Shown: one piece after another, positions 1 through 13,171 of the stretch
How the letters are laid out: each line of letters opens with the position of its first letter
How positions within the stretch are numbered: the stretch's first letter is position 1
Assembly: GCA_043228905.1 (NCBI GenBank)
Contig: JBHGNT010000003.1
Span: forward strand, 6,944,001-7,008,000
Reading direction: 5' to 3'
Length of the DNA stretch: 64,000 bases
Source of the DNA: Azolla caroliniana
Lineage: Eukaryota; Plantae; Polypodiophyta
Made by a program: the position numbers and the translations under genes
Notes under the pieces: generated by a model
What the model was told of the DNA's origin: nothing
Seen by the model: only the letters and a program-made list of their open reading frames with translations
Databases searched by the model: none

Positions 1-125
1 TTGGGTCCTTTTTTAAAATCCTTTACACATGCGGCACTCCTTTTTGTGAATCACCCTAATTTGTGTCATTTTTTTATGGACATTTCTCAAAATGTGACAT
101 ATTACCTGTTTTAAATGTCTCAATG
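1..125. mobile_element. Right-hand terminal inverted repeat of a TIR DNA transposon extending left out of the window
   Basis: The reverse complement (CATTGAGACATTTAAAACAGGTAATATGTCACATTTTGAGAA...GGAGTGCCGCATGTGTAAAGG) aligns over about 115 bp with 14588-14705 (CACAGGGACATTTGAAATAGGTAATACGTCGCATTTTGAGAA...GGGTGCCGCATGCATAAAGG). Similarity stops at the same terminal position in both copies. Confidence 0.6.
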
Positions 126-149
126 TTCAATGCAAGTAAAATCACTGGC

Positions 150-545
150 GAACCGTGTAGCGAATAGTGGTAGCAATCGAGGACCGAATAGTGGCGACAA
201 TTGAGCATACAATGGCCGCAATGGAGGAGCTAACTCAGTCGGAATGAACAATGACAGCAATCCAAGAGCGACCAGGGGCGACAATTGAGCGTACAATGCC
301 CGCAATGGAGGAGCTAAATCAGCTGGAGTGAACTGTGGCAACAATCCAGGACCGAGTAGTGGTGACAACTGAGCATACAATGGCGGCAATGGAGGAGCTA
401 AGTTAGATGGAGCAAATAGTGCCAGCAATCCAAGACTGAACTATGGCAATAATTGAGCGTACAATGGCTGCAATGGAGGAGCTAACACACTCGGAGCAAA
501 CAGTGGAAACAATCCAAAACTGAACAGTGGCAGCAATGGAGGAGT
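150..545. repeat. Degenerate 84-bp minisatellite, about 4.5 units
   Basis: CAATGGAGGAG recurs at 219, 303, 387 and 471 (period 84) and at 534 (partial unit). Confidence 0.9.
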
Positions 546-644
546 ATTTTATAGATAAAATACATAAAATATGTTAAATACTTAGAATACATGGAGAATA
601 CTTGTACAATACGTAAAATACTTCTTAAAATTTAATGTTTTTTT

Positions 645-699
645 CATAGTGTTCTAAAACGTATTCTAAATGTAGAATACATGTTTTTGAGCAACTATG
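645..699. repeat. Imperfect 55-bp inverted repeat with CATAGT...ACTATG ends (possible MITE or hAT-type terminus relic)
   Basis: Left arm CATAGTGTTCTAAAACGTATTCTA; reverse complement of right arm CATAGTTGCTCAAAAACATGTATTCTA. Confidence 0.4.
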
Positions 700-2560
700 G
701 CCACGACTGCATCTCTACCATACTTAGCTTCAGTTGATTGTAATGTATAGGCATAGCCACAAGTAGATTTTCAATTATCTACATCTTTCACCTAATTGGA
801 GTTAGACAAATTTGTCCGTCCATTTAAAGTGATTTGGGACGAGTTATGATTGACATGTGTATGATTAAGTAATCACTAAATCTTTAGTATGCTTAAGGTA
901 TCGAAGTACAAATTGAAGAACTTGCTAGTGTTTTGGACCTAGATTGAGCATGAAATGTGATAATAAACTGGCACTAAAGCATATACCATGCCTTGTATAG
1001 CTAACTAGATACCTGATATATCCTATGACTTGTTTATATGGTGTAGAAGGAAAAGGAATGAACAAATAATATTTCTAATACTTTCCATTTCAAAAGACTC
1101 TTTAGTAGCTCTAACGACATCTTCTACGATAGTTTACAAGCAGTTACGAGTTGGGTAAATCTATTGTCTTACAATGGAACATGTCAAACATTTAAGAATG
1201 TAAGATGTTGGAGTACATAGTACGATTATTTTGACTTTGAATCCTAGAAAATAAGACGTTGTATTTATATCGATGATTGGAAACATGACTTATAATTCTT
1301 GTTTACATATTGCGATATAAGATATAGAATTTGATACCAATGATAGATCATCTATATATAGTCCTATTAATATGAAACTAGATACACTCACTCGAATATA
1401 TATATATATATATATATATGGTAAAACCATTACTGAGAAGAAAGGTGTGCAAACCATGATACCACACTCATGGTGGTCAACAAAGTCCATAGATGGATTT
1501 TCAAAGTCAACATATATGATTTGGAAATTGTGCACTTCCGAAGGAAGGTGGTTGTTGCATATTGACTTGTTCGTTGAGTTCACCATGTAAAAACATCATT
1601 TAAACATCCAAATAATGAAGTTCAAGGTTTAGATCCATGAGCATATAAAATGACATTTAGGGTGGGGCGAAAAGTGTCTTTGAAGTAGATTCCGAGTACT
1701 TGCGAATCTTCGTGCAATGAGTCTAGCTTTGTAATGTATATGATTGTGAAGGGAGTTTGTTTGTAACTATTTAGTGGATCTCTGTATTAATTCTACTAAT
1801 TGGATGTAATTTTTGGATGCTTGAGATGCTTAACCTTTGGTTTTTTAAAATGTTATTACACGAAAAATAGTATAATCATCGATGAAGTTGATGAAATATT
1901 CAGATCCGCTTATTGATTTTGCAGGGAAGTGTCCACCAATGTCGTTGTGTACAAGTTCTATTGGATGTTGGCATTTCCTATGTCGAATTGGAAATGGATG
2001 TTGCGGCATTTTGCAAAGTAAATAACCTTTACAAAGATCAATCATTGAAAAACACTCTTTTGATAACGTATTAACCTTATTATTTGATTGGAGTACCTTG
2101 ATGGCTTGAGCATTTACCTACCTAAGTCAAGAAGGCCATAATATTGTCTGTGAATGTTTTTCTCATTCTTTGGAGTACATGTTTCTATCTTCTAATGTGT
2201 ACGAATATACTAAACAGGATAGATTATGGCCTTTCCTTTCCCTAATGTTTCTTTAGTTCCTTATAGCCCAAACAAACTTTAATGGGAATTTCTAGTGGAA
2301 TGTAATTAGAGAGCCCGTCTTTGTTATTTGTTATGTGGTGTTTGTCGCCTGTATTGATATACTAGGTGTTATTTTCTTGATTGGAATTTTGTATCCCCAT
2401 AGTGAATGCTTCCACAAAGAAAGATTGGATGAGATTGTTATATCCTTCTTTTTCGTCATCATAATATGTAGTTTAATCTTTGTTTTCTTCAACTATGTGT
2501 GCCTAACCTTAAGGTTTAAACTTTGTTTCTAATGTTTTTGTTGTTGTATTCATTTCTTCA
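700..2560 (-). mobile_element. Highly degraded Ty1/Copia internal-region relic (boundaries approximate)
   Basis: Integrase-like HPIELVHNDIGG...YFINFIDDYT (1845-2045) and RT-like fragments towards 800-1600. Many stops and frameshifts; no LTRs found. Confidence 0.7.
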
Positions 2561-3086
2561 ATGGCGTGGTTTATGACATTAATGACAAATGATATTTAAG
2601 AATCTCATACCTCCTTGCTTTTGTTGTGGGTGTCCTAGAGGGAGCCTTGAGTTATTGTTGGGCCATGGATTATGAAATTGTTGCCTCATTTTATATGTTG
2701 TAATCACGTATGTGTTCTGAATTGCATTAGTTTGTCATACTTTTCTCATTGCATCTTCTTATCAGATGCAGTTTATTAAGGCATTAAGATTTACATTTTA
2801 AATTTAATTTTGTGTAGTGACGGAGGTTGGATGCAAGATATGGAAATTTGGTTTGGAAGATGGGATACATCGCTAGATTCCTCTATAAACGAAGCCTTTT
2901 ATCAAAGCCAACATATCATGACATGGGAAAAATGTGAAGGCTCACTCTTGGTGTGTTATACTATATATCTTGCCCTAACAACAAAACCATATTGTTCGGT
3001 GAACGAGGAATCAACACATATCAATACATGTTAAGAGCTCATCTCGTTGTTTGGCATCCGAACCATTACTTCCATGCAACTTAGCT

Positions 3087-3548
3087 CACAAGTGATGAGA
3101 GTAGTCAACTATGCACACTTTGCCCAAAACAAGTTCGGGAGTCTAAGTATCACACTTTGATACAATTTTTTTCCTTTTATGATATTCAACTATACTTTCC
3201 ACACTTCTTCGATCAAACCTAATCCTTGCATTAATTTCTCTAACAATCACAGTGTGCATTCTTGATTGCAACATTCATTGGTCAAGTTCTTGAACATTGA
3301 GAGTCACTACTCATTTTCACATGTGATGAGAGTAATCAACTATGCACACTTTGCCCAAAACAAGTTCGGGAGTATAAGTATCACTCTTTGATACAATGTT
3401 TTTCCTTTTATGATATTCAACTATACTTTCCACACATCTTCGATCAAACCTAATCCTTACATGAATTTCTCTAACAATCATAGTGTGCACTCTTGATTGC
3501 AACATTCATTGGTCAAATTCTTGAACATTGAGAGTCACTACTCATTTT
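3087..3548. repeat. 231-bp tandem duplication (2 copies)
   Basis: CACAAGTGATGAGAGTAGTCAACTATGCACAC at 3087 and CACATGTGATGAGAGTAATCAACTATGCACAC at 3318. The copies are highly similar, with scattered substitutions. Confidence 0.9.
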
Positions 3549-3983
3549 CACATGTATTACGTAAAATGTAATATTTTTAGTCTCATAGGTCCTATTTGAC
3601 CTCCGTGGAGGATAATAAAATCTATCTATCTATCTAATTTGCCCATGTACATAATCAAAGAGAAATGTACAAATAGTAAGACATTATGTGATGTAATTTG
3701 ACTTCATATACAACTTAATAGAGATTTTAATTGGCCCATTTTTTTGTAGATTCAAAAAAATATCTCAATACAATTCTAAACTCAAACAAAAGGCCTACTT
3801 TCTTCTTAAGTTTTTTGTTCATGAATACTAACAATTTTCTTACAAATTCACTTTTAAGAACCCGAGTTGATAATGACATAAAAGACAATGTTAAGAAATG
3901 AAATGATTTGGGTCCAAAAAGTTTCATTTCATTGAATGCTGCTAAGTTTGTTTTTGCACATCCTGTGCACTTGATCGACATAA

Positions 3984-6288
3984 TTAAAATTGGGTAAATA
4001 GAAGGAAACAAGATAATAGAATAAATATTGATAAGGTTTGAGTGGTTGCAAGATGAACACCATGATTTGCTGGTGGGCTACTTGTTTGGTTCTTACTGGA
4101 AGCAAGAGCGGTAGACGGAGATGGGGATGACATTGGCGATGCAGAGTTACTCGTGGTGGTTGCCTTGGTTGGATCTGTTACTGAATATCAAACCAATTTT
4201 TGTTAGTCTTAGTCTAAGAAAATACCAAATGACTACATGAGGAAGGGGTTTTTCAAGTAAAAGCGTAACATATATATAGCTTGTTGTCATGGGGTTGCAA
4301 TTATATAAGATGCCATGTAAGTTCGCTTGCCTCCTAAAATCATATCTACAGTTGAATCGTTCAACATCTCAAGGAAACTCTTCAATGGCAACAAAGCCTT
4401 GAAACTTGATGGATTTTATAACAATAAAGAATTTAGGTCATCGACGTGTTTTGTTTTTCAACATCCATTGAAGGGCCTAGACATGTGCCGACAAAGACAT
4501 TAAATCGCCCACATGTGGAACAACAGTAGTTACTAGTCATTGAGTGATCGAGATGAAGCCATGTCCTTTAGGCAAAACACGTGTAAATGTGGGCATATAT
4601 AGAAGGACAAAGACTTCACACTAGGATAGGTTTATTTCATTAAGTATATATATCCTAGTCTCTAGATGTATGTAAACTAAGTCCATAATTTTTCGTATAC
4701 ATCTCTCTATGTAAATATGCAGTTATTTAGAAAGTACGTAAAGGCATATACTACTGTTGTGGCCAAGACTTAAGTAAAGCAAAATAGCAAGCATTTAATG
4801 CATCTATTTCCTGCCATCAATTCTAGCTAGCACAAATTACAAGTGAAAATAGAGAAGTGTTTTGGTTCATGAAAATTTTGAATCTAGATTCTACCCTCTT
4901 CACACATTTCAAAAAGTGTACTATGGAGTGAATTCCCCTCTCTAATACATATCTATCAAAATCACATCCTAATCACATGTTTTTTGAGTCATCATTGCTC
5001 CAATGAGAATGGAAATGCAGTAATAAATAAATAAAAGTTCTGTTTACTGTTTTTTATTTTGTCCTAAGACTATATGTGCAAGCAAGTTTATGATGTCATG
5101 CATGTAAATTTCACCAAAACGCAATTAACATGCATATACTTAGATTATGAATAAAATTATTGGAAAATAAAAATTAGTTAAGGATGAAATTCATACAATT
5201 CTTAGCGTTAATGAATTCTTTAGCTTCCGGAGAGGATGGAGGTAAACCTAGTAACCCTGCCAAAATGCATGGACACATATATCATAAATCATAGTATGGT
5301 TAGTTTGCTATGTGGATAAATCATACCCAATACTTTGATAACCATAAACAATCAAACAAGAATAAATAAATTTACTTAACAAATGAGGTTGTGTTCAAAT
5401 ATGTATGCACCACAACTAGAAGAAGAAAGTTGGAATGTTATGGAATTTCAATGTTATGTTATGCTATATGTATGAAAAAGGGGTATTTGCGATCATATTA
5501 GAAATTGAGATGACTAAAGTGGGATGCTAGGGGGAAGAGGATGATGCTTATATGTCACCAATTTGGTCCAACAACAAACAACATGAAATATGTCATCTAA
5601 AAGTTGTTTCAAATAGCATATGATGCAAGTGAAAACTCGGCTTAGAAGCTAGACAGCACATGCAAATAGTCTATCTAAATTATTCAAAAACACTAATTAG
5701 TTAGATAACTTTGGTCTAATTAGCCTTGGACTTTGCACACTATCTATTCTCCATCTAATCCAAGCTAGTTGTCTTATAACCATTTAGATAGTCCATGACA
5801 TAACAACCTAACAAGATGAACCTTATTAGTCTTAAATGCATACCATTCACAATTAGAGGAAGCTAGTCCTATAATAACCACATCTATATAACTCCATGAA
5901 ATTGTCCAAAAGAGGAAAACTTGAAAAGCTTGCTTATTTATGTGTATCTTCTACCTGGACATTCAGTAGGATCGGCATTGACATTGCAAACCGTAGACAT
6001 ACTAAGAGCAAGGGTTTGATTGAAGGGGGGAAGACCCTTGATGCCACCCATGAAGCTAGCACCGACAAGCTCACACAAGCATTTCCTATCCGTAGTGTAG
6101 ACTTTCAAAATGTTGGCACAACATGTTGCTGTAGGGACGGGGGCCTTTCCTTGGGCATAAGGTAAACAAACAAGAAGATCTTCAATTGGGCCTGTACAAC
6201 CAGAAACATCTTGTTGTGAATTCACCACATTACTCCAACACACCATCATTACCAAGGGAAACACTACCATTCTCAATCCCTCACCCAT
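3984..6288 (-). CDS. GPI-anchored non-specific lipid-transfer protein (type G nsLTP / LTPG), predicted 3 exons: 6288-5955, 5256-5197, 4180-3984 (196 aa)
   Basis: Signal peptide plus 8-Cys motif (C..C..CC..CLC..C..C). A GT donor lies 4 nt after the last Cys codon, typical of type D/G nsLTPs. Exon 2 reads GLLGLPPSSPEAKEF. Exon 3 is an S/T/P-rich linker plus hydrophobic tail TLSIFILLSCFLLFTQF*. Both introns are GT-AG phase 1 and the 591-nt total is in frame. Confidence 0.88.
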
Positions 6289-6289
6289 G

Positions 6290-6291
<2 letters not shown>

Positions 6292-6341
<50 letters not shown>
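6292..6341. repeat. (GA)n/(TC)n microsatellite in the 5' UTR of the LTPG gene
   Basis: About 25 TC units directly upstream of the ATG at 6288. Confidence 0.95.
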
Positions 6342-6345
<4 letters not shown>

Positions 6346-6371
6346 GTAAATAATGGCTTTCACAACCACAC

Positions 6372-6384
6372 TCTTATATATAGG
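6372..6384 (-). promoter_or_regulatory. Putative TATA box of the LTPG gene
   Basis: CCTATATATAAG on the minus strand, about 90 bp upstream of the ATG. Confidence 0.55.
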
Positions 6385-7112
6385 CCCACTTCTCTCTCTT
6401 ATCTCTTTTCATCCATCATTTATTGCACTTCCCCTTTCCCACTACCTTCTACCCACTGCATTTCCTCATATTTTGGATTTTATGCAACACATCATGTTTC
6501 AAAATAGATGAATGACTTGTGTTTCAAATAGATTAATGATTTGTGTTTCAAATAGATGAATGATTTGTGAGACGGTACTAGATGTAGAGTATTTTAAAAT
6601 TTTTATGAGATTGGCTTGTTTTTAAATTTAATGAAATTGAGGAAACTAGATTGGCATATGATATTGTCAATCTACTCAGCTTGTCACTTCCTAGTCCACT
6701 TCATGTGTGTGCGCTCGCATCCACTTCCAATGCACTGGATCGTTTATGATACGAGGTTATTTGAGCTTAGTTTGTTCTCTAAAACTAGTATTGGCTTACT
6801 AAGATTGATATTACTTATTGTCCATTTTTAGGCTATGGTTTAATCGATGTTACACTTCTGGTTAGTTTAGCCACATTAGGGCTCATTACTAACCATTATA
6901 TACTCTGGGACCAATTACATAGAATTTACCGTATCCATAGGAAAGGGTTACCATATGTACTTACATCAACAACGTGAACCCCCCCCCCCCCCCCCCCCCC
7001 TCAACTTATGAGATTCAAATCACCATGATAATATTGATATCACTAAGCTTGATGGGCACTAACTCAGAGGCATGTTATCCAAAATATAAATAATTGTCAT
7101 TGTGTACTATTG

Positions 7113-7705
7113 ATTCAAACTAAAAGGATTGTATCATGACCATAGGATCAACTCAAGGGTTAATAAATTTCTTGGATAATTGTTTTCCAAACTAGTACAT
7201 AATGATAAGACTATAGAGTTTTAGTACATGTTTTTAAATGGAAAATCAGAGTACAAAGTATTAATTCATATTCAAACTAAAAGGATTGTATCAATCACAA
7301 CATAAACACATAACCATAGATACTCATACAACATTAACGTGGAAATTATTGTCCATGACTATACGATTATATCGTACTTGTGGGAGTGGTGTAGATAGTG
7401 GTTCCAATCCAATGATTTATATATGTACATATATTCAAACTAGATATTTGACCATAGGAGCAACTCAATGGGTCGATAAATTTCTTGGATAATCGTTTTC
7501 CAAACTTGTACATAATGATAAGACTATAGACCATAAGTACATGTTTTTTAATCGAAAATCGGAGTACAAAGTATCAACTCGGATTCAAACTAAAAGGATT
7601 GTATTGGTCGAAACATAAACACATAACCATAGATACAACATTAACAACATGGAAATTATTTTCCTATCCTACTTGTGGGAGTGTACATAGTGGTTCCAAT
7701 CCGAG
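7113..7705. repeat. Imperfect tandem duplication (about 312-bp period) upstream of the LTPG gene
   Basis: ATTCAAACTAAAAGGATTGTAT at about 7113, 7270 and 7583; GACCATAGGA.CAACTCAA.GG at 7138 and 7450. Confidence 0.8.
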
Positions 7706-10699
7706 ACTATGTTGTAGTATTCATAAAGGCGGCCATTTCCGATACTATGTTGAATTTCATGGTTTTCATCCATGCTTTGGATTGTTTACTCGAGGATCCA
7801 AAGCATATTAGAAACACAAAATGGAGGAATAAGTATGTTTCCATATTAGAAGAGCCCTTCATATTGTTATTGAGAAGCTTTCGTTTGACTTGTCGAAAGA
7901 CGTAAATTGCAAAGCATAATGTTTTTCCAATTGAAACTAAATACATGAGAAACACAAATACAACACTCCATTGGCAAGAGTATTCTTGACACTAATTCGT
8001 TATGGAGGATAAACAAATCAGGATTTCAGTTTGTTCTAATTTAGATTTAGTCTTTTTATTGATTATGACAAAAGGAAAAAAAACCACAAAATGGCAACTA
8101 AATAGTTACAAACAATTTCAACTTGTAATTGGAATACTAATACAGGGGCAAAATAAGATTTTATTCAAACATGCATTTGAAATTTGAAACTATCCAAAAG
8201 GATGTGAATGTATACACTCCAGTCAATAGACAAAAAGGAGATCAAAAGGTCACTTAGGTTTGGTTGTGGTGTCCTCTTACGTACTAGGTCAACAACCCGA
8301 CAATGGTGTGGAGGACCACAACAAGTCCCTAATATTTTTGTTGAATAATAAATGAGGAATTTCATATTTTGCCTTATTAAAGTTTCCGTCAAGCACCTAT
8401 TTTGATGAACAGATGCTAGCTTGTTCATAGTTTCCAACCATTAGTTTTTACTTTTGTAGTATTTATTGTGTATTTATGGTTGCTGAACAAATGTTTCTTA
8501 CGTATGCAACTGTAAATTTGGTAGGATGATTGAGCCCTAGCTTTTTGATGTCTAACCATTTCATCACATTCGTAGTTATCAACATGTGTTTGTTTTAAGT
8601 ACAATGTTGAAAATTACCATCTTCATTGTGTAGCATCTTGATTCTCTCTAATAGGGTATACAAATTATTGTTGAGGTGGTAACTTATGAAGCATATGTTG
8701 CATGAATATCTATTCAACATGAAATATTACTACCAAACAAGATACCCATACTTTGTTGACTCTTTTTCAATTACTATCGAACCTAATTATAATAGGTGTA
8801 ACTTAAATTTTTGTGCGTAAAATGACGTGCTATACTAGCTTGTGTCCTTTTATTTTTACACTTTCAAGATATAACATCATAAGTTCTAATGGATTATAAT
8901 GAACATATGTACAACATAATAAGTAGAAGGTGGTTGCATATCAAATGGTACCAACAACCCACCTACAATGAACAACTCAACTTTTGGAAACTTCTTTAAG
9001 ATCGCATTATCATGGGCTGCAATTCATTCTCACATCTTAGACTCAAATAGAGAGATCCCACATGAGTTTCAACCATTTAGATCCCTGGTTGTTGTCATGA
9101 AACTACTGGTTTAATGCATTAATCTACTATAGAAATTGAAGAATTGTTATTGTTTTTATTTACATAAAGAAAGCCAAAAATAAACCTTCATTTATTCATG
9201 ACCAGCATGAAGGATATACAATTTTTCTAACATGTGAGACAATCTTTAATTTATCTTGTTGGGTTATTGACTGAATATGTTCTTTATTTTGTAGCGTTCA
9301 TATTGACAAGTTTTGAAGGATATGAAAAACATTGAGAACTGTGTAGCATAGATCACGTGCTTTTGTCTTATTCTTTCATTGATTTTATATAATGGCCTTG
9401 AGAATTTCTAATCATGAGGGCACATGCATTAAATGAATATAACTATGTCATGAAGCTATTTCTAGTAATTCATCGCAGCCATCATACTTGGGCAATGTTA
9501 ATAGGAGATGCCCTTTTGAGTAACAACTAAAGGTCACTATAAAATAAGACTTTGTATAAGATGTAGTATCAAATTTATGTTTCATAGTTTTAAACATGCC
9601 ACTACTATCCTGAATTTTATGTTTTGTAGCATTACTTATTCGATATAAACCAAAATTTAGATTGATTTAAAGTACTATTATTTTGATATGTATTAGAGAC
9701 TCGAGAGTATGATTAGATTGCCATTTACTTAGTTTGAATCAAAGTATTTGGATTTCATTATGACCTTAAATGGATTATTTGTCATTCAATCACTTAGTGC
9801 AATTTGAAGCATAATTGAACTAATCTCTCCTTTAAACTCCATCTAAACATCAGGGAGTATTGTACCAACTCTTTCTCCCTTGCCTCATAACACTCTATCC
9901 AACAACCCATATATCCATCACCCTTTCGCAATCCATTAAACCTATAAAGGCATTGTAGCATTTATCTCTCTCTTAACCTTTCTTGACCGCTTTCTATCAA
10001 CCTACTACCATTTGTTTCTCACTCTTTCCTTTTCCCCATAACTTTCTATCAAGATACACTTGAAGGTCCGTTATTGTCATTATGATCTTGGATTAGGCCA
10101 AAAATAGCCCTTTTTGCTCATCTTTTCACAAACCACTAGATTTGCCAACACCTGTGGAGAGAAAGGGAGAGGACAAACTCAACCATACAAAACGTTTCCA
10201 AGAAAAGTATGTAGTTATTAGTAATAGCTTCCTTTTCAAGTTGTAATGAATAAAATATTGTTAGATGAACACGCCCTAAAGAGCGAAAGCAAGGAATAAG
10301 GTTGGGGCAATTGAATATGTGGTTATAATTTTTCTTAGATACAAATAAAATTACCTTAAACTCTTGAAGATAATATTAAATGTTGGTAAGGTTGGATTTA
10401 AATGTGTTGTGTATTCGTAATCATAATTTCGGTAGTAAATGACTATTAACATGGGAATCTATTTCAAGTTATTAGGGATTGTTTTGTTAGCTAAGGAAAA
10501 CATTGACCAACTCCACAATGTAGTAAGGAAGGTGGTCATGACTTGATTGGCATAAGAGTCAAGTTCATCATTTGCTACACAAGTAAACTCAGGCATACCA
10601 TTTGCATGCCAACCAAAGGCAATTAGAGCACACATTTATGTGTGGCTCAATATGTTGTTGGTGTCATGTTGCACTTGGCACATGGTGTATTAAGAGCAA

Positions 10700-11860
10700 T
10701 GATAGGGTATTGTGAGAAATGAGTGCATCAAAGCATATTGGTTAAGATAATAGTTAAGTGCATGGGAACCAGACTATCAGGAAGTTGGCTAGGTGTATGT
10801 TGAAGGCACAAGCATTGCTTGATCCATTCTAGGCTAAAGTAGTGAATATTGTTGTTTACATCCTCAATTGGAGTTGCATGAAGGCACTTCAAGGGAAGAC
10901 ATCCAAAGACGCATATTCAAGCAAGAAAACTTTAGTTACACACTTCACGACCTTTGGGCGATGTGGTATGCACATGTTCCAAACATCAACAAGAAGAAGT
11001 TGGGTGTTAAAAGCAAGAAGTATATCTTTCTCGAATATAATGAAAAGATTCGAAGGCCGATCGACTCTACAATCCATAGGCAAGAAAGATATTAAGTCAT
11101 GTTGTGGTGTTTGATGAGGAACGATTACACCTAGATAAGAACAAGAGCTCTCAAGTTATCTCATCTACCGAAGAAGTATTCCACCCGATGATGACCCAAG
11201 CTGAATCATTAGATGGTAATGACTCATTTCATTCTACTTGTTATAGTGCCACATGCAAAGAAAATACCTAAGTGGGCTCAATATCTCTTTGATGACCATA
11301 ATCCTAAAGTTGAGTTTCTTGAAACTCCTAAAAAGATAAAGAAAAATAGAGGAGCAATGGAGAACCTCTAACCACATCGTCAACATAGCTTTGATGGTGA
11401 ACATTATAGGCTTTGTGAGTGAGGTAACCTCCATGGAGGAAGCCATGCCTGACTCAAAGTGGAAAGAGGTGATGCTATAAGAATACAACATCATCATGAA
11501 TAATCACATGCCATGAGATACGGTAGAGACACCAACAAAGAACAAGGTGATAGTCACCAAGTGGGTGTGGAAAGCAAAGTATAAAGTTGATGGTTCTTTG
11601 AAGAAGTTCAAGGCCAAGCTAATAGCGCACATATACTCCCAAATTGAAGGATTTGATGAACAAGATACCAAGTTTCACCCGATAGCTAGTATGACGACAA
11701 TTCAAATGGTCATAACTTTGGCTATTTCAAGAGGATGGCCGGATTATCAGATGGATGTCAAACCAACATTTTTAAATGGGTGTCTCATGGAGGAGGTATA
11801 CGTGATACAATCACCAGGTTTTGAGATGTTAAATTCAAAAAATAACTTAGTCTACAAACA
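10700..11860 (+). mobile_element. Degraded Ty1/Copia fragment (integrase end and RT N-terminus)
   Basis: WYAHVPNINKKKLGVKSKKYIFLEY; KWVWKAKYKVDGSLKKFKAKL...QMDVKPTFLNGCLMEEVYVIQSPGFE. Homology ends abruptly at about 11860. Confidence 0.8.
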
Positions 11861-13171
11861 TGTTGAAGGAGACTCATTGAAAAGTTGTCCTACGTGTATT
11901 AAAGTAAATTGTGGCTATTTTAAATTATGGAATCTTCTACAAACTGACAATCTACAAACTTAATGGGTATTGCAACTCTTATTAGACCAAAGATAATGAT
12001 TCCAGAAAATTGATTTCTAGATATTAATTTCAATGGGTTTCGGAGGTAATTCATGGAGCAGTAAAAAACAACAAATAATGACACTCTCGTCGACATAGAC
12101 ACTCCATAGTTCCACTCCAAATAATTTATATTAGTTTTGTAGTTATGTAGTCACATTTGGTATTCCATAGTTCATTCCAAATCATTTATGTTAGTTTTGT
12201 ACACCAACAAACTGCATCCTAGATCTACGAAAAAGAGTTTGGGAGCTTTACAAAGTTTGGTTGAGTAGCAAAGGTTTGAGGAGGTGAAGGATAAGACCTG
12301 AAGGTTGAAGTATAGGTGGTGAAGAATAGTAGGAAAAGGTTGAAAAGAAAAACGATAGGAGTTGAAGATTAGGAGGCCAAGGTAGAGGAAGAAGAATGGT
12401 CGTGATTGTAGGAGTCGTTTTGAGCTCGTTTTGGGCTCACGCCGTTTTGGGATGGCTCAAGCCGAACCAAACTGTTTTGGGCTAAACCAATTCCCAAACT
12501 AGTTATAGCTAATCAATTCATCTAAATTGGATCCTAAACCAATTTATGCTTAACCAATTTAGAAGACGATTCAATTGAATTTTAAAAACTCCAAAACCGG
12601 TTAAGCCATAAATGGTTTGGTTAGAACAATGGCCAACCAATGAAGCCAAACCTGATGTCAATTCCTACTTGGTTGTAAGTTTTTAATTTTTTAATTTTTA
12701 ATATTTTAAGTTTCAAAGTTTCTATTTTATTTTTGTGAGTTGGGCAACAATTAGTATATGGTGTTTCGGAAACGTGCAACAAGGCATATGATTATGATGC
12801 TATGTTGTTTCATGTGGCATTTCGGATCGTGCCATCACAACCTCGGATAGGTGTGTGTGTGTGTGTGTGCAATCGTGAGCATTTCGGGGCATATGTGGAG
12901 CGTTTTGGATCGTGCCGACGCAACCTCTAATTGGGTGTTTGTGTAGTCATAATCATTTTGGGGCGTATGTGGAGTGTTTCGGCATTTGATGAACAACATA
13001 TGATGGGTGGACGACCACGACAAAGGCGTAGCAGGTGTTGTAGCCGAGTTGCGGTGTAGTATTACTATAACAGGAGCTACATCTAGTGAGCAAGGAGCAG
13101 GGAAACAAAGACCAATAACCACGATTGCAAGCACAAGGAGAAGGAACCCCGTGGTCCCACTCGAGTAGCGT

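Noticed and set aside
150-545. Regularly spaced repeats resembling a CRISPR array
   Set aside because: Whole units are homologous, there are no unique spacers or cas genes, and the context is eukaryotic.
6289-6369. N-terminal ERERER extension of the LTP ORF in the ORF track
   Set aside because: It is a translation of the 5' UTR (GA)n microsatellite from a non-ATG start. The signal peptide begins at ATG 6288.
7700-10700. Short ORFs in the AT-rich intergenic region
   Set aside because: No recognisable motifs or exon structure; probably decayed repeats.
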